Shown piece after piece: positions 62,875 to 64,000 of a stretch of DNA of 64,000 bases. Position numbers and translations under genes: made by a program. Source of the stretch: Eubacteriales bacterium. GTDB lineage: Bacteria > Bacillota > Clostridia > Oscillospirales > CAG-272. Location of the stretch: assembly GCA_045602215.1 (NCBI GenBank), contig JAZSBE010000060.1:536-64535 (forward strand). The letters run 5' to 3'. Position 1 is the first letter of the stretch; every line of letters begins with the position of its first letter. Below the pieces are notes generated by a model that did no database searches, was not told the DNA's origin, and saw nothing but the letters and a program-made list of their open reading frames with translations.

Positions 62875-64000
62875 ATGCTTGAAATTTCCAATAAGACCAA
62901 TTTACTGGAGCAAAAAAACTACAAATATTCGCTGCAGGACGTGGCAGAGCCCAATCTGTACCGCGACGTGTATCCTTATACCGAGGTTCCGCGCATCGCC
63001 TTTAACCACCGCCGTGTGCCGCTCGGAATGCCCGAGGATATCTGGATCACCGATACGTCCTTCCGCGACGGACAGCAGTCTGTGGAGCCGTACACGGTTC
63101 AGCAGATCGTAGATCTTTATAAATTGATGTCCCGCTTGGGAGGTCCTTACGGAATCATTCGTCAAACCGAATTTTTCGTTTACAGCAAGAAGGATCGCGA
63201 TGCGATTGCAAAATGTCAGGAGCTTGGACTCAAGTTTCCGGAGATTACCACCTGGATCCGCGCCAGCAAGGAGGACTTCAAGCTGGTTCGCGACCTTGGA
63301 ATCCGTGAGACGGGAATTCTGGTCTCTTGCAGCGACTATCACATCTTTAAGAAAATGAAGATGAGCAGAAGTGAGTGTATGAACCATTATCTGGCGACCG
63401 TTGCCGAGGCGTTTGAGGCGGGAGTTATGCCGAGATGTCACCTTGAGGATATCACGAGAGCGGATTTCTACGGCTTCGTGGTACCTTTCGTAAACGAGCT
63501 GATGAAGATGTCGCAGGATGCAAAGATCCCCGTTCGGATTCGCGCCTGCGATACCATGGGATACGGCGTGCCGTACCCGGAGGTTGCACTTCCCAGAAGC
63601 GTACCCGGTATTATCTACGGCTTGCAGCACTATTCTGACGTTCCCAGCGAGATGCTGGAATGGCACGGACACAACGACTTCTACAAGGCGGTTACCAACG
63701 CGACCACCGCATGGCTCTACGGCGCCAGTGCCGTGAACTGCTCCTTGCTTGGTATCGGAGAGCGCACGGGTAACATTCCGCTTGAGGCGATGATTATGGA
63801 GTACGCATCGCTGCGCGGATCCCTCGACGGCATGGATACGACCGTCATCACAGAGATCGGAGATTACTTCCGTCGCGAGATCGGCTACACAGTGCCGCCC
63901 ATGACGCCTCTGGTGGGCAGAAACTTCAACGTGACCCGCGCGGGTATTCACGCGGACGGTCTGCTCAAGGACGAGGAGATATACAATATCTTCGATACAA
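62875..64000 (+). CDS. HMGL-like (homocitrate / 2-isopropylmalate / Re-citrate synthase family) enzyme, 3' end outside window
   Basis: This ORF is missing from the ORF track because it has no stop inside the window. AGGAGG lies 8 nt before the ATG. My own translation reads MLEISNKTNLLEQKNYKYSL...IWITDTSFRDGQQS...HLEDITRAD...WHGHNDF...GIGERTGN. These are pyruvate-carboxyltransferase (DRE-TIM) motifs. Confidence 0.75.
   Translation, partial: MLEISNKTNLLEQKNYKYSLQDVAEPNLYRDVYPYTEVPRIAFNHRRVPLGMPEDIWITDTSFRDGQQSVEPYTVQQIVDLYKLMSRLGGPYGIIRQTEFFVYSKKDRDAIAKCQELGLKFPEITTWIRASKEDFKLVRDLGIRETGILVSCSDYHIFKKMKMSRSECMNHYLATVAEAFEAGVMPRCHLEDITRADFYGFVVPFVNELMKMSQDAKIPVRIRACDTMGYGVPYPEVALPRSVPGIIYGLQHYSDVPSEMLEWHGHNDFYKAVTNATTAWLYGASAVNCSLLGIGERTGNIPLEAMIMEYASLRGSLDGMDTTVITEIGDYFRREIGYTVPPMTPLVGRNFNVTRAGIHADGLLKDEEIYNIFDT

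Overview
This is a chromosomal, mostly housekeeping window from an anaerobic Firmicute of the class Clostridia. It carries sporulation genes yabP, yabQ and ylmC. Gene content looks Oscillospiraceae/Ruminococcaceae-like, but the taxon cannot be verified here. I call about 60 protein genes, one tmRNA, one tRNA-Val and one lysine riboswitch. I see no rRNA, CRISPR array, transposase or prophage genes.

Gene order:
- relA(partial)-dtd-hemZ-like-udk-like-mtaD
- yabM-like flippase-mazG-hup-yabO-yabP-yabQ-divIC
- smpB-ssrA
- TetR/ABC-2 cassette (minus strand)
- DUF951-yfhO-ruvA-ruvB (minus strand), divergent from ruvC and a methyltransferase
- ecfA1-ecfA2-ecfT-truA, an unknown membrane protein, cvpA
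- clpE-like ATPase and a degenerate P-type ATPase homologue
- ylmC
- glnS-gltX-MBL hydrolase (minus strand)
- xerC-like recombinase
- sugar transferase, rhaD-like aldolase, lipid kinase, plsC, PHP phosphatase
- L-box-dapA-dapB-dapF-dapL-lysA
- LRR protein, rsuA-like synthase, tex, msmX-like ATPase
- trimeric [FeFe]-hydrogenase hydC-hydB-hydA
- DivIVA-domain protein, HTH/TPR-like regulator
- tRNA-Val, nitroreductase, LRR lipoprotein-AraC-phosphoesterase
- a homocitrate/Re-citrate-synthase-like gene running off the window

Most interesting observations:
1. A family of multi-hairpin repeat units sits immediately 3' of both ssrA and tRNA-Val. Each unit ends in a pseudo-copy of the T-loop-to-3'-end of the neighbouring gene. 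The period is 176 nt at both loci, and the stems carry compensatory changes.
2. An intact 872-aa P-type ATPase homologue has lost every catalytic signature I can align. It starts 6 nt after a ClpE-like unfoldase gene.
3. HydA carries a non-canonical H-cluster motif, TSCSPGW instead of TSCCPxW.

All calls come from reading the sequence and recalling family signatures. No database search was run.
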